A stretch of 36,032 nt of DNA from Octopus sinensis (GCF_006345805.1 NW_021833488.1:1-36032); one strand, 5' to 3'. Shown: positions 10,154 through 22,416, counted from the stretch's first letter. Notes: generated by a model from the sequence alone, not told the origin. Numbers and translations are program-made.

Positions 10154-11479
10154 TGTAATTTTATTAATTCCGCCGAGGAGTGTTTCAAATTCTTTTAATT
10201 TCTCTGCCCCATTCCATAGAATGAAAGCAATCGTCGAGGTACATTCTCAATCTTTTTGTATATATTTAAAGAAAGAGTTTCCATGTTTTCGTAGTGATTT
10301 TTTGATGCATCGTAGTCTCTAGGCAGCCCCGTAACTAGATTTGCAACGGACAGGATTCTTTGCATCCCCAGCACACTCCCAGATTTCTTTCGTGAAAAGT
10401 TGTCATTGAACAGTAAATGATTATCCCTTTGAATAAACTTTAGTCTTCCTATGATTAATTCTTTTTTTTATGCGATGGTGAAGCTAACCTGTATATTTAT
10501 TCAACCAGAATTGACTGGCTTCAGTTCTTAAGTCTTGATGAATATTTGAATAGAGATTTGTTACATCGAAAAAAGCCGTCAAATTGTTTTTCTTTGACTA
10601 TTTTCGGAAGATCTGTCTTTGTGTGTGTGTGTGCACGCGTGCGTGTGCATGTGTGTCTGTGTGTGTGCGTGCGTGTCTGTGCATGCGTGCGTGCGGGCAG
10701 AGTACGTATGTGTGTATGTATGTGCGTGCGTGCGCGTATGTATGCGCGCGCGCGTGTGTATGTAAGCAACTGGATGTAAAGACATCAGTGCAAACAAGAA
10801 GGAAGCAATAAAAATGGTATTCGATATACAACTTAGAGTTTCAAGATATACATGTGGTGAAAAAATGGTTAGATATTTCTGCATATAAACAAAAATAGGT
10901 GAAAATGCACAAAACATTAAGAGAGTTATTGCAATTTTTTAAGAAAAGTTAAAGAGACAAAAAAGGTGTAACATCATATACAAATGCATTGAATTTTTTT
11001 TCTTAAATTAAGTAATAGCTTTCATCCAGGTATCAGGATTTTTCAAATGATTTTGTAGCTGGACAGGAAAATCTGTTTATAGTGATCACAAAATATAAAT
11101 TTGATTTATGCCATAACATGCTGTGGATGCTTACATAACTACATCGGATAGACGGGATTAATGCTTCGCAGGAGTGTAACCGTGCACAAGCAAGAAATAA
11201 ATAATGAAAAAAAATCAGGTAAATTCCATTAAGTGAACATATAGCAATATGTGCTGGAATGGTGCCTCCCAAAAGTTGAAGAACAGAACAGCAAAGAATA
11301 AAAGAAAAAAGACAGTTTATTACGCAATCTAAACCTTGAGTGAATGGTTAATAAACAATTTCTTCGACTTAGGGGTAATTTCAGATACGCTTGCATGGAT
11401 GCAAACACAAATATTCACATATTATTTGGATTTGGATATATACAATATATCATCAATTTGTGTGTATGTATGTATGTAT

Positions 11480-12650
11480 GTATGTGTGTGTGTATGTGTG
11501 TGTGCGTGCGTGCGTCTGTGTGAGTGCACGCATGTGTCTGCGCATGTTCGAATAAATATATGCACGTATGTATATATATGTCTTTCTATACCTTATAAAG
11601 ACTCTCTCTCTTTTACTCTTTTACTTGTTTCAGTCATTTGACTGCGGCCATGCTGGAGCACCACCTTTAGTCGAGCAAATCGACCCCGGGACTTATTCAT
11701 TGTAAGCCTAGTACTTATTCTATCGGTCTCTTTTGCCGAACCGCTAAGTGACGGGGACGTAAACACACCAGCATCGGTTGTCAAGCAATGCTAAGGGGAC
11801 AAACAACACCACACACACAACATACACATACACACACACACATATAGGTGCAGGCTGGTATTTATGTGTAAGAACTTTGCTTCCCATCTAGGTGATCCTG
11901 AGTTCAGTCTCACTGCGCGGCAACTTGGACAAATATTTTTTACTATAGTTCCAGGACGACCAAAGCCTTGTGAGTGGAATTGGGAGACGGAACTGTAAGA
12001 AGCCTGTCTTGTGTGTGTGTTGTGTGTGTGTGTGTGGTGTGTGTGTGGTGTGTGTGTGTGTGTGTGTATGTGTGTGTGTATGTGTGTGTGCGTGCGTGCG
12101 TCTGTGTGAGTGCACGCATGTGTCTGCGCATGTTCGAATAAATATATGCACGTATGTATATATATGTCTTTCTATACCTTATAAAGACTCTCTCTCTTTT
12201 ACTCTTTTACTTGTTTCAGTCATTTGACTGCGGCCATGCTGGAGCACCACCTTTAGTCGAGCAAATCGACCCCGGGACTTATTCATTGTAAGCCTAGTAC
12301 TTATTCTATCGGTCTCTTTTTGCCGAACCGCTAAGTGACGGGGACGTAAACACACCAGCATCGGTTGTCAAGCAATGCTAAGGGGACAAACACACACACA
12401 CACACACATACATACACATACACACACACACACATATAGGTGCAGGCTGGTATTTATGTGTAAGAACTTTGCTTCCCATCTAGGTGATCCTGAGTTCAGT
12501 CTCACTGCGCGGCAACTTGGACAAATATTTTTTACTATAGTTCCAGGACGACCAAAGCCTTGTGAGTGGAATTGGGAGACGGAAACTGTAAGAAGCCTGT
12601 CTTGTGTGTGTTGTGTGTGTATTGTGTGTGTGTGTGTGTGGTGTGTGTGT
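11480..12650. repeat. ~590-bp tandem duplication; each unit has a SINE B 3' half (minus) and a SINE B 5' part (plus)
   Basis: tgagtgcacgcatgtg at 11521 and 12107; ttcccatctaggtg at 11881 and 12473; differences are mainly run-length indels. Confidence 0.9.
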
Positions 12651-12860
12651 GTGTACATGTATGTGCCTATGCGTGAGTGTTTGTGTTTGTCCTCCACCAG
12701 TGCTTGATAACCGGTGTTGGTTTGTTTGAGTCCATGCAACTTGGCTGTTCGACAAAAAATAGCGAAGGTATAAATAAGTACCAGCTTTAAAAGAAGCCAA
12801 AGGTGTCAGTTTGTTCGACTAAATCGTTCAAGGGCATAGCTGCAGTTCGATGATTGGAAC
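12439..12860 (+). mobile_element. SINE family B, diverged full-length copy
   Basis: ggtgcaggctgg..gtaagaactttgcttccca..aaagccttgtgagtgga..ttcgactaaa..gcatagctgcagttcgatgattggaac. Confidence 0.8.
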
Positions 12861-13962
12861 GTGTGTGGCATGTGTGTGTATGTGTGGTATGTGTATGTGT
12901 GGAATGTGTGTGTGTGTGTCGTATGTGTGGTGTGTGTGTGTGTGTGTCGTATGTGTGTGTGTGGAATGTGTGTGTATGCGGTATATGTGTGTGTGTGTGT
13001 GTCTCAATATCTACACACACAAACAGACGCAACTGTACACACAAAGCAATATGCAATATATATAAAATGCGCACGCGCGTGTATTGTATACTGCTTCGTG
13101 TGTGTGTGTGTGTGTGTGTACGTGTGTACATTTGAATATATGGCTTACAATACAGGAAGCGCAATTTATGTAACTGCAACACAGGTATTATAACTGTGTA
13201 TGTGCGTGTTTGGGTGTATATGCGTATATGTTTATGTGTTTGTGTATATGTATTTATGTGTGTTGTGTGTGTTCGTGTATGTATATGATGTATTCAATGT
13301 TTCCATATAATTCTTTGTCAATATTTCACAGCCTCCATCTTGTAGGAAGCGCAAATCTTTAATTATCTCGATATTCATCTTCCAGGCATGATTTTATTAA
13401 AAATAGAAACAGGTCACTTGTCCATTTACTCAACTCTAATATCAACAACATTTCCTGCAACTATTCAAACATTCCTTTTCGTTTTTTCACCATTTCCTTT
13501 GAGATGCTTTCCGAAAACTCACCTTAAAAAACGTTTAACTTCCCTATGATTTCATTGCTTTTTGTTTTTCTCCCTTTAATATTTTGCTTATTTCCCCATT
13601 TAATTTTTACTTTTTTTAAAGTATTTTTCGAATCAAATTTTATTTTACGAATTCGTTTTTATATACTTATTTTATTGTTTCTATTTTAAACGTTCGAGTT
13701 GGTAGAAATCGTAAACCACTGGACAAAATACCTGGAGTATTGTCCTTCATCTTTTCCAGATCAATATTCCGCCCTTCCGTTAAAATATTCCCTGAACACA
13801 TTTTGTATTAAGAATCTTCTAGAAAAGAGTTTAGCTGAAGAATATAATCATTTTACGTCCTGTCTTTCTCTCTATTTACTTCCCGTTTTGCGTAATAGTT
13901 TAATATCTGTGACTAACTTGTTCATAGTTTGTATTTTTCTCATTCGTTTTGAAGTTGTATAA

Positions 13963-14291
13963 GCGTGGCTGCGTGGTAAGAAGTTTGCTTCCCAACTACT
14001 CGATTCCGCGTTCAGTCCCATTGCGCGGCACCTTGGGCAGATGTCTTCTACTACAGCTTCCGGCAAACCATCGCCTTGCGAATGGGTTTGGTGGTCGGAA
14101 AGAAACCAGTCACGTGTGCCTGTGGTTTTGTGCTGTGTTCGTAACCCACAACCATTGTTGGTTGGTTTACGTACCAGTAACTGAGCACTTCGGCAAAAGA
14201 CGCCGAAAGAATAATTACTGGGGTCAATTCGTTCGACTAAAACCCTTCAAGGTGATGCTCCAGCATGGCCGCAATCGAACGCCTGATACAA
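13963..14291 (+). mobile_element. SINE family B, diverged
   Basis: gcgtggctgcgtggtaagaagtttgcttcccaac..ttcagtccca..ccttgggca..gctccagcatggccgca. Confidence 0.85.
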
Positions 14292-15002
14292 ATACATTAT
14301 ATGCTGCACCCCAAAGCTCTCTGCCAAGTAGTCACGGTGTGTCGAATTTAATACAAATGAATAGGCCCAGAAGGAAACGCATCGAAAGATGAAACCATCG
14401 CTCGAGACTATTCCACGCGAAGTCATGATTGGTCAGATTGTGTCGATCACGTGGGCAATATTCAAGCGAATCGCGATATTGGGCGAATCGATGTGACTGC
14501 TGAACGTTTCCACTACAAATTCATGTGGTCTATAGTAACATGGACATTCCCTTGGTGTTGCCAGAGAACAAATGTGTTGTCCACGTATCATTAGCAATCC
14601 GATGGTTTCCCTTTTAGGAGTTAGTCTTCCAAGTGCATCGCATAGATGCTAGTCGATAACCAATGATAATTGTGGACACATCAAAAACTCTTCAATATGT
14701 CGGCAAATTTCATTGGCCGTTCTTAGGTGCACTGCTGACGTCAGCATGATAATATTATTCATCATTTTAATTTATTCGTTTTGCAAACTAGAAAAGACCC
14801 AAAGTCATTTCGACATTTTGTAACAGCAAACTAACGAAGCCGAAAATAAACAGCCTAATGTCTCCAACAGTGCCTTTGTAGATATAATAGATATATATGC
14901 ATATTCATAAACCCAAAATAGAATATATGCATATGTATATGTGTATGCATGTAAGTATGTATATAATACATGTAAGTATATATATATATATATATAATGA
15001 CC

Positions 15003-15076
<74 letters not shown>

Positions 15077-15262
15077 GTAAAAATGGTAAGATAACAAAAG
15101 AAGAAAGAGACCTCAATATTATGTAAATAGAAGAAATTTATCTGTAAAATAATATGTGATAAATATTCGGTAGCCAAGATAAAACTCTGAGTTTCGGATG
15201 CCAAGGTGGAAATCCACAACACCATCTATTTGGTTATCTGGCCATCTCTATAGTTACTATAG

Positions 15263-15782
15263 ATGGCCGGATAACCGAAGAGATGGTGGTGTGGATTTCC
15301 ACATGGCCAGATAACCGAAGAGATGGTGGTGTGGATTTCCACATGGCCAGATAGCCGAAGAGATGGTGGTGTGGATTTCCACATGGCCAGATAACCGAAG
15401 AGATGGTGGTGTGGATTTCCACATGGCCAGATAACCGAAGAGATGGTGGTGTGGATTTCCACATGGCCAGATAACCGAAGAGATGGTGGTGTGGATTTCC
15501 ACATGGCCAGATAACCGAAGAGATGGTGGTGTGGATTTCCACATGGCCAGATAACCGAAGAGATGGTGGTGTGGATTTCCACATGGCCAGATAACCGAAG
15601 AGATGGTGGTGTGGATTTCCACATGGCAGATAACCGAAGAGATGGTGGTGTGGATTTCCACATGGCCAGATAACCGAAGAGATGGTGGTGTGGATTTCCA
15701 CATGGCCAGATAACCGAAGAGAGATGCTGGTGGGATTTCCACATGGCCAGATAACCGAAGAGATGGTGGTGTGGATTTCCAC
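15263..15782 (+). repeat. 13 copies of a 40-bp unit (atggccagataaccgaagagatggtggtgtggatttccac), equal to the 5' half of a hammerhead
   Basis: Units start at 15263, 15303 ... 15743; near-identical, no spacers. Confidence 0.95.
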
Positions 15783-15816
15783 CTCGGCATCCGAAACTCA
15801 GAGTTTTATCTTGGCT
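15745..15816 (+). ncRNA. Type I hammerhead ribozyme, U4C core variant
   Basis: GGCCAGATAA-CCGAAGA(15755-15761)-GATG..GTGGA tt TCCAC..CATC-C-GAA-ACTC a GAGT-T(15805)-TTATCT(t)GGCT: ~10-bp stem I, extended stem II, near-palindromic stem III. The left-arm copy (15172-15243, minus) has the broken core CCAAATA. Confidence 0.75.
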
Positions 15817-15889
15817 ACCGAATAATTGTCACATTTTATTTTACAGATATATATTATATATAATTATATATATAGATATATATATATAT

Positions 15890-15921
<32 letters not shown>

Positions 15922-15963
15922 ATATATAGCAGCATCAGCGCCAAACAGTAATGTAGAATAAAC

Positions 15964-16237
15964 GAACTTTAGTTTAGTTAAAATATGTTGGTGACATGTT
16001 TTAACTTCCAAGGCAAATTCACTGCAGTTATTAACTGCGGAGAAAAAAAATTTCTTTATGGAAAAAGGTGTTTTTCTATAGTTTATTTCCAGACACGTTT
16101 CTGGCTCTTTAGCCTTCCTCGATGAGAAATACCGAAGGGAGACAACCCAGGGCAGATTCAAAGCCGTTTGTTTTATCAAAAAGAAAAAAAAAACTAGCCA
16201 ACATCAATGACCAGGCGACCCACTAGCACAACTCAGT
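15964..16237 (-). mobile_element. Solo arm of foldback family 3 with HHR-like motif at 16086-16129
   Basis: Reverse complement matches 18155-18446; motif TTTCTCA-TCGAGGA-A-GGCT aaag AGCC-A-GAAACGTGTC-TGGAAA. Confidence 0.7.
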
Positions 16238-16244
16238 CTTATAG

Positions 16245-16665
16245 AATACCTATTTCTTTACTACCCACAAGGGGCTAAACACAGAGAGGACAAACAAGGA
16301 CAGACAAACGGATTAAGTCGATTATATCGACCCCAGTGCGTAACTGGGACTTAATTTATCGACCCCGAAAGGATGAAAGGCAAAGTCGACCTCAGCGGAA
16401 TTTGAACTCAGAACGTAACGGCAGACGAAATACGTATTTCTTTACTACCCACAAGGGGCTAAACACAGAGAGGACAAACAAGGACAGACAAACGGATTAA
16501 GTCGATTATATCGACCCCAGTGCGTAACTGGTACTTAATTTATCGACCCTGAAAAGGTAAAAGGCAAAGTCGACCTCGGCGGAATTTGAACTCAGATCGT
16601 AACGGCAGATGAAATACCGCTAAGCATTTTGGCCGGCGCGCTAACGATTCTGCCAGCTCGTCGCC
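16245..16665 (-). mobile_element. SINE family A, head plus two tandem ~185-bp body units
   Basis: Head ggcgacgagctggcagaatcgttagcgcgccgg; B-box-like gagttcaaattcc; unit junction at ~16430-16440. Confidence 0.9.
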
Positions 16666-17139
16666 TTAAAGAATACCGTCACTTCTACAGGAAAATGCAA
16701 ATCTCTTGGTAGATGCTGTAGAGGGCAACAGGGACATTGTTCTAATCTATCATTATTTTATATCTATATGAAGATCTCTGGTAGTATTGGCTTGCTTGAT
16801 ATTAAACTACGACCACAGTAGCACTCCATAAATGTGTGGTTATATTAGTGTACTAGTTTGCCTGCAACTAAACACGTGGCGATGTCTAGAAAGTTAGCTT
16901 TTAACTAGAAACGATCACTAGCCAGACTAAAGGTTTCACTGTTGAAGTAGACTATATATTAGTCATAAATATTTATAGTTAATTGATCAGTTCATTGTTT
17001 ATTTGAGTAATTGTATTCCATTCCCTGACAAGGATTTGCTTTTAGAGAGGAAAATAATAGATGTTATATATGCAGAATGGATTTATGCGTGTGTGAGCAT
17101 ATGTACGTCTGTGTGTGTGTGTATGTGAGAGAGAGAGAG

Positions 17140-17177
<38 letters not shown>

Positions 17178-17259
17178 TGCCTGTATGTGTTGCATGCGTG
17201 TCTATACGTTTGCATTTGTGATTGTAAATGAATATATAGATATACGTACAAACACACAC

Positions 17260-17260
17260 T

Positions 17261-17317
<57 letters not shown>

Positions 17318-17415
17318 GTATATACAACATATACATATATATATTTATATATATATTTATATATATGCGCGCACTTCTATAACGTAAAATAGTATACATG
17401 TGTATATATGTAATG

Positions 17416-17453
<38 letters not shown>

Positions 17454-17819
17454 TACATACATATATATATATATATGTGTGCATGTGCATGTATGTATTC
17501 ATATATACATACACACATATATACTTACATATATACATACATACATACATACATACATATAACATACATACATAATATATATATACATACATACATATAT
17601 ATATATACATACATACATAATACATACATACATATATACATAATACATACATACATATATACATACATACATACATATATATCATACATACATATATATA
17701 ATACATACATACATATATATATACCTACATACAAATATATATATACATACATACATATATATATACATACATATATACATACATACATACATATATACAT
17801 ACATACATACATACATACA

Positions 17820-17850
<31 letters not shown>

Positions 17851-17885
17851 TATATATATGTATATTATATATATATATATATATA
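17260..17885. repeat. (TA)n/(TACA)n microsatellite
   Basis: Direct reading of the sequence. Confidence 0.9.
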
Positions 17886-17901
17886 TCAGCGCGCCATCAG
17901 T

Positions 17902-18448
17902 GAAGTTGGTTAAAATATGTTTCTGACCATGTGTTAACTCCTAAAGCAAACTCAATGCAGTGACCATGGAAAAAAAAATTGTCACGTAAGCTAGAGGTGT
18001 AAAAGCTCCATATCTGTGCAGTTCTTCCATCTAGCAGGTTGCCAGATACGGTTTATGGCTCTTTGGCCTTCCACAATGGGAAATACTAAAGAGAGATAAC
18101 CCTGGGCAGATTAAAAGCCGTAAATTTATCTAAAAAAAAACAGTCAAAATCTGTAACTGAGTTGCGCTAGTGGACCGGCTGGTCATTGATTGTTGACTGT
18201 CGATTTTAGATAAAGCTATGCCTTTGAATTTACCCAAGTTTATCTCTCTTCGGTATTTCCCATTGATAAAGGGTAGAGAGCTAGAAACATGCGTCTAGGA
18301 ATCCGCTAGAGCCAAGCACTGAACAGATATAGTGTTTTTACACCTCTTACCGCAAGAGAGAATTTCTACTCCTCCTTAACTAAAATGAAGTTGCCTCGTT
18401 TAGAAGTTAAAACATGTCACGAATATATTATAGCCAACTTAAAGTTCA
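17902..18448. mobile_element. Foldback element 3 (diverged arms) in (TA)n with HHR-like motif in each arm
   Basis: aagttggttaaaatatg/tatattatagccaactt, gggaaatactaaagagagataa/ttatctctcttcggtatttccc, tttatctaaaa/ttttagataaa; motifs at 18039-18083 (minus, broken) and 18257-18301 (plus). Confidence 0.8.
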
Positions 18449-18671
18449 TATATATATATATCATTTTAAATTTTATATTTTATTTTTTATTTTTTATTTT
18501 ATATTTTATTTTTTGTTTTTTTTATTTATGATTTGGTTTATGTCTATCATTGTTTGAATTGCATAATAGTGTTTTTTCTCTAATTTATATATATATTTTA
18601 TATTTATATAGTGAAATTTGATTTAATACTAAATTGAATTTTACCCTGTAAGTTTGGAGTAATATTACCCA

Positions 18672-18714
<43 letters not shown>

Positions 18715-18997
18715 GGACAATTACAATGAATACGGAGACTGGTACATCTGCATATTTTTTATATCTATTTTGATTTTTTTTACAATTAATTATACAACAT
18801 GATTCGTTTAGATGCGACCGATACGTGTTTTTGCTGCATAGAGAATATTCAGCAGCATTTGCACCCTGCTATGCACCTTTGTTCAAAGTCTGTCCGCAGA
18901 AGTGGTTCGAAGAGAACTTTGTGCGTGGTTAACGTGTATTGCTAAGTTACTACAGTCTTTGATTAGTAAAAGAAAGTACATAATTTATTCCTATGAA

Positions 18998-19346
18998 GGC
19001 ACATGGCTCAGTGGTTACAGCATCGAGCTTACAATCATGAGGTTGTGATTTCGAATCCTGGACCGGGCTGCGTGTTGTGTCCTTGAGCAAGACACTTTAT
19101 TTCACGTTGCTCCAGTTCACTCAGCTGTAGAAATGAGTTGCAACATCACTGGTGCCAAGCTGTATCGGCCCCTTGGGGAACATCAGTGGTGTGGAGAGAG
19201 GATGCTGGTATGCATGGGCGACTGTTGATCTTCCATAAAAACAACCCTAGGTTGGGCGTTCGCCAGCGAGGCGACTTTCCGCCCAGACTTGTACCCTGGA
19301 GGGAATCTCTTGGGTGCACCCATAGTCATTCGTGACCGACGGAGTC
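18998..19346 (+). mobile_element. tRNA-derived SINE, family C
   Basis: A box TGGCTCAGTGG (19004-19014), B-box-like ATTTCGAATCC (19048-19058), then gttgtgtccttgagcaagacacttta. Confidence 0.8.
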
Positions 19347-19419
19347 GAGAGTTTTGAACTTATCCCTATATACTCATCGTATAAATAAATGTATATAAAT
19401 ATACATGCATGCATACATA

Positions 19420-20713
19420 CGAGGGGCGTTCAATAAGTAATGCCCCTGACCCACTTCCCATAGCAGTAGAGCAACGAAACATGGCACAGTTATTAGTCCT
19501 TGTGTACATAGGAACCACCCTGAGTTACGCATTTCTCCCATCGTTTGATACAGCTCTGGAGACCGTTTTTGTAGAAGACCCCAGCTTGGTCCTCCAACCA
19601 CGACGTGACTTCAGAAATCAAGGCTGCATCATCTGGGAAACGCTTTCCTTTCAAAAACAACTTCATGGCTGGGAAGAGGTGAACATTAGACGGTGCAAGG
19701 TCAGGAGAGTAGGGGGGATGGGAGAGGAGTTCATAGCCGCACGCCTCTGCTTCTGATCTGGCGACATGCGAGTTGTGGACCGGAGCGTTGTCTTGCAGGA
19801 GGAGGATGCCTTTGCTGATCTTGCCCCGCCTCTTGATTTTGATAGCTTCTCTTAATTTACTCAAAAGTGAAGCATAATAGGCTCCTGTAATTGTGGTATC
19901 CTTTGCCAGGAAATCTGTCATCACTACTCCATCCTGGTCCCAGAAGACTGTGAGCATGACCTTGCCAGCGGAGGGCTGCACCCTCGCCTTCTTTGGAGGA
20001 GGTGAGTCACGGTGCTTTCACTACATTGACTGGGGTTTGGTCTCTGGATCATAGTGATGGACCCAGGTTTCATCCTGTGTATCAGTCTTTGAAAAAATTT
20101 TGACTCATCTTCTTGGGCACATCTCCAAATTCATCCTCGAGCACTCGACGCGTTTCTTTTGCCTTCGGAAAGGTATGACAACCTGGGAATCCATCTGGCA
20201 GACACCTTTTGCATATGCAAATGGTCATGAATGTAGTTTCCACAGACCCGGTACTAATCTTGACCTCATGGGCTATTTAGTGAATAGTTATGCATCGATC
20301 TTCCAAAATGGCAGCCCCAACTTGACGGACAGATGCCTCATCAATGGCAGAAGTAGCGATACCAGATCTGGGAGCTGTTTCCACAGAGTTCCGACCATGT
20401 TTGAATTCACGATGCCAGCGTTTTACAAGGTCATATGATGGGGAATCATCACCATAAGTTACTTTGATTTCATCCAAAGTCTCCCGTGGTGTGCGTCCTT
20501 TCAAATACAAAAACCGGATCACTGCTCGACACTCAACAGGCTCCATTTCACACTTGACTCAGTTCAAACACCTGTAAATCGGAAACCACAATTAGTTCAG
20601 AGCTGTAATTTGCCACTTATTCTAGAGAGATATAAATAATTGCACATGCAACATTTCAGCTAGATCAAACAACTGGAAGTGGGTCAGAGACATTACTTAT
20701 TGAACGCCCCTCG
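19420..20713 (-). mobile_element. Full-length mariner (DD34D, irritans/Hsmar2-like), 1294 bp
   Basis: 39-bp TIRs CGAGGGGCGTTCAATAAGTAATGYCYCTGACCCACTTCC (2 mismatches); TA duplication at 19418-19419 and 20714-20715. Confidence 0.97.
19493..20546 (-). pseudogene. Mariner transposase, disrupted
   Basis: HTH MEPVECRAVIRFL.., WIPR, QDETWVHHYDPE, QDNAPVH, PPYSPDLAPSNVHLF (third catalytic D changed to N); stop at 20277-20279 and frameshifts. Confidence 0.95.
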
Positions 20714-20845
20714 TATCTTGACAAATCCATCCATCATTCCATATATACATACTATTATATATATCTGTATGTATGTATGATGTTTATGTATATATATATA
20801 TCTATATCTATATATATATATGCATATATATATTATTTATATTAT

Positions 20846-20877
<32 letters not shown>

Positions 20878-21037
20878 CATATATGCATATATGCATGTAT
20901 GTATATCGTATATTTTATATATATATGTGTGTGTATGTGTGTGTGCGTGTACTCTTGACGGAACAGCCTTTTTTAATACACGTGGGGTATTATAATCATT
21001 TTATGAATGATTTTTTCCATTTGTCCTTTATATTTAA

Positions 21038-21403
21038 CTATCACTATGACCCGGCAACGCCGGGTCATAGTGCTAGTGCATGCATATACAGCTGCGTGCG
21101 TGAGCACATACACGCGAGTACTGTCCAAATCTCCGACCAATCACATAAAGATCGCTGGCATTCAACTGGCGTATCAAGTTTCGGGCATTTTGATTGGGTT
21201 TTGGATAGAAAATTCACAAAAAAGTCACTTCTATTGATTTTTTAATGGCTTTGCGTGGTGACTGGGGAAATGTAAAGATGTGCACGACCATCCTTGGACG
21301 GTTTTGAATGACCATAGAAAGTGCGAGTTCTCTAACTGAAAAATTGTGGATTTGTATAAAAGACACACACACACAGACATTTTGCTGTTTATATATAGAG
21401 AGA
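21038..21403 (-). mobile_element. Non-autonomous Helitron-like element
   Basis: Minus strand begins A|TCTCTCTATATATAAAC and ends with a GC-rich hairpin (GACCCGGC/GCCGGGTC) then ATAG|T (CTAG variant); no TSD. Confidence 0.7.
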
Positions 21404-21588
21404 TTTCAAATATTAACGTTCCGAGGTTCATAAGCACTTCAAGAAATTCTCCATATCGTGTTCAATGTGATCGTGTATTTAAGTGTATATGTAGATGTGT
21501 ATAAATTTATGCGTATAGAAGTGTATGTATATTTGTGAATATGTATATGTATACTTCCCTCTCCCTTTTTCTCTCTCTCTCTATATGG

Positions 21589-21622
<34 letters not shown>

Positions 21623-22052
21623 TATATATATATACACGTGTGTCTGTGAATGCGTGTTAACATAGTTTTAAATAGGTTTAAAATCCATGTAGCTTCAACT
21701 TTCCATCAATTATGATTAGTGGTTGGTTATAAATTTGACGGTCAATATTGCGATATGTCATTCGGGAATAACCATCCATAAATCAGGGCTTGGCAGTAAA
21801 CCGAGAATCCACGGGAGACATTGATATCAATCCTTTTACAGGCACATGTCTGCAATGAGAAAGTGGTTATGCTCGGATATGAATTTAACGACCGCCCCCA
21901 TAATATACATATAATGTGTGCAGGAGCGAGGCATATGTTGTACAGCATTGATTGTAAGGAGAATGTTTAATCAGGAGAGTTGGTTTATTCCTAATAATTT
22001 TCGAAACGTGTTTCGATCGCGTTAATGGCATACTATTGCATCTCTATATGTA

Positions 22053-22149
22053 TATCCTATCTATCTATCTATCTTATTGTTTCTATCTATCTATCCTATT
22101 GTATCTATCTATCTATCTATCTATCCTATTGTATCTATCTATCCTATTG

Positions 22150-22185
<36 letters not shown>

Positions 22186-22416
22186 CTACTGTATCTATCT
22201 ATCCATCTATCCATCTATCTAATCTATCTAATCTATCTACCTACCTATCTATCTATCCTCTATCTAATCATCTCCAGCCATTTGAGTCTGACCAGTCGCT
22301 TATAAGCTAAGCGTTAACAAACAACATATTAGATTTATAAATATAGGTGCGTGTGTGCGTATTACATATACATATATACACAGATTATATATATATATAT
22401 AATATATGTATATATA

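Larger units (their letters stand above)
8860..10615 (-). mobile_element. Decayed Penelope-like element: reverse transcriptase, thumb and GIY-YIG endonuclease, with two nested insertions
   Basis: Hand translation on minus gives FDVTNLYSNI (10570-10541), YLDDCF (10241-10224), LDILIK..TDIHCKPTDSK (~9895-9822), HNPK, CASENAIY (9138-9115) and CEENYIGQT (9096-9070), in PLE domain order; many stops and frameshifts. Confidence 0.88.
15072..15849. mobile_element. Foldback element 2 in (TA)n, HHR in each arm, internal tandem array
   Basis: Inverted arms 15139-15253 vs 15257-15262 plus 15743-15849; central ctatag-tta-ctatag; unpaired extension 15072-15138; (TA)n on both sides. Confidence 0.9.

Noticed and set aside
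15263-15782. CRISPR array or repeat-protein gene (three long minus-strand ORFs)
   Set aside because: The units are contiguous with no unique spacers, there are no cas genes and the context is eukaryotic. The ORFs are a by-product of a 40-bp unit without stops on that strand.
16870-16925. AGTTAG-ctt-TTAACT-A-GAAAC hairpin as a hammerhead remnant
   Set aside because: The core strand is unrecognisable, so the call cannot be supported.
18998-19070. tRNA gene
   Set aside because: A and B boxes are present but there is no acceptor stem or terminator, and it continues into a SINE body. The same applies to the family A and B heads.
19409-20438. Plus-strand ORFs of 115 and 112 aa
   Set aside because: They are antisense shadows of the mariner transposase.
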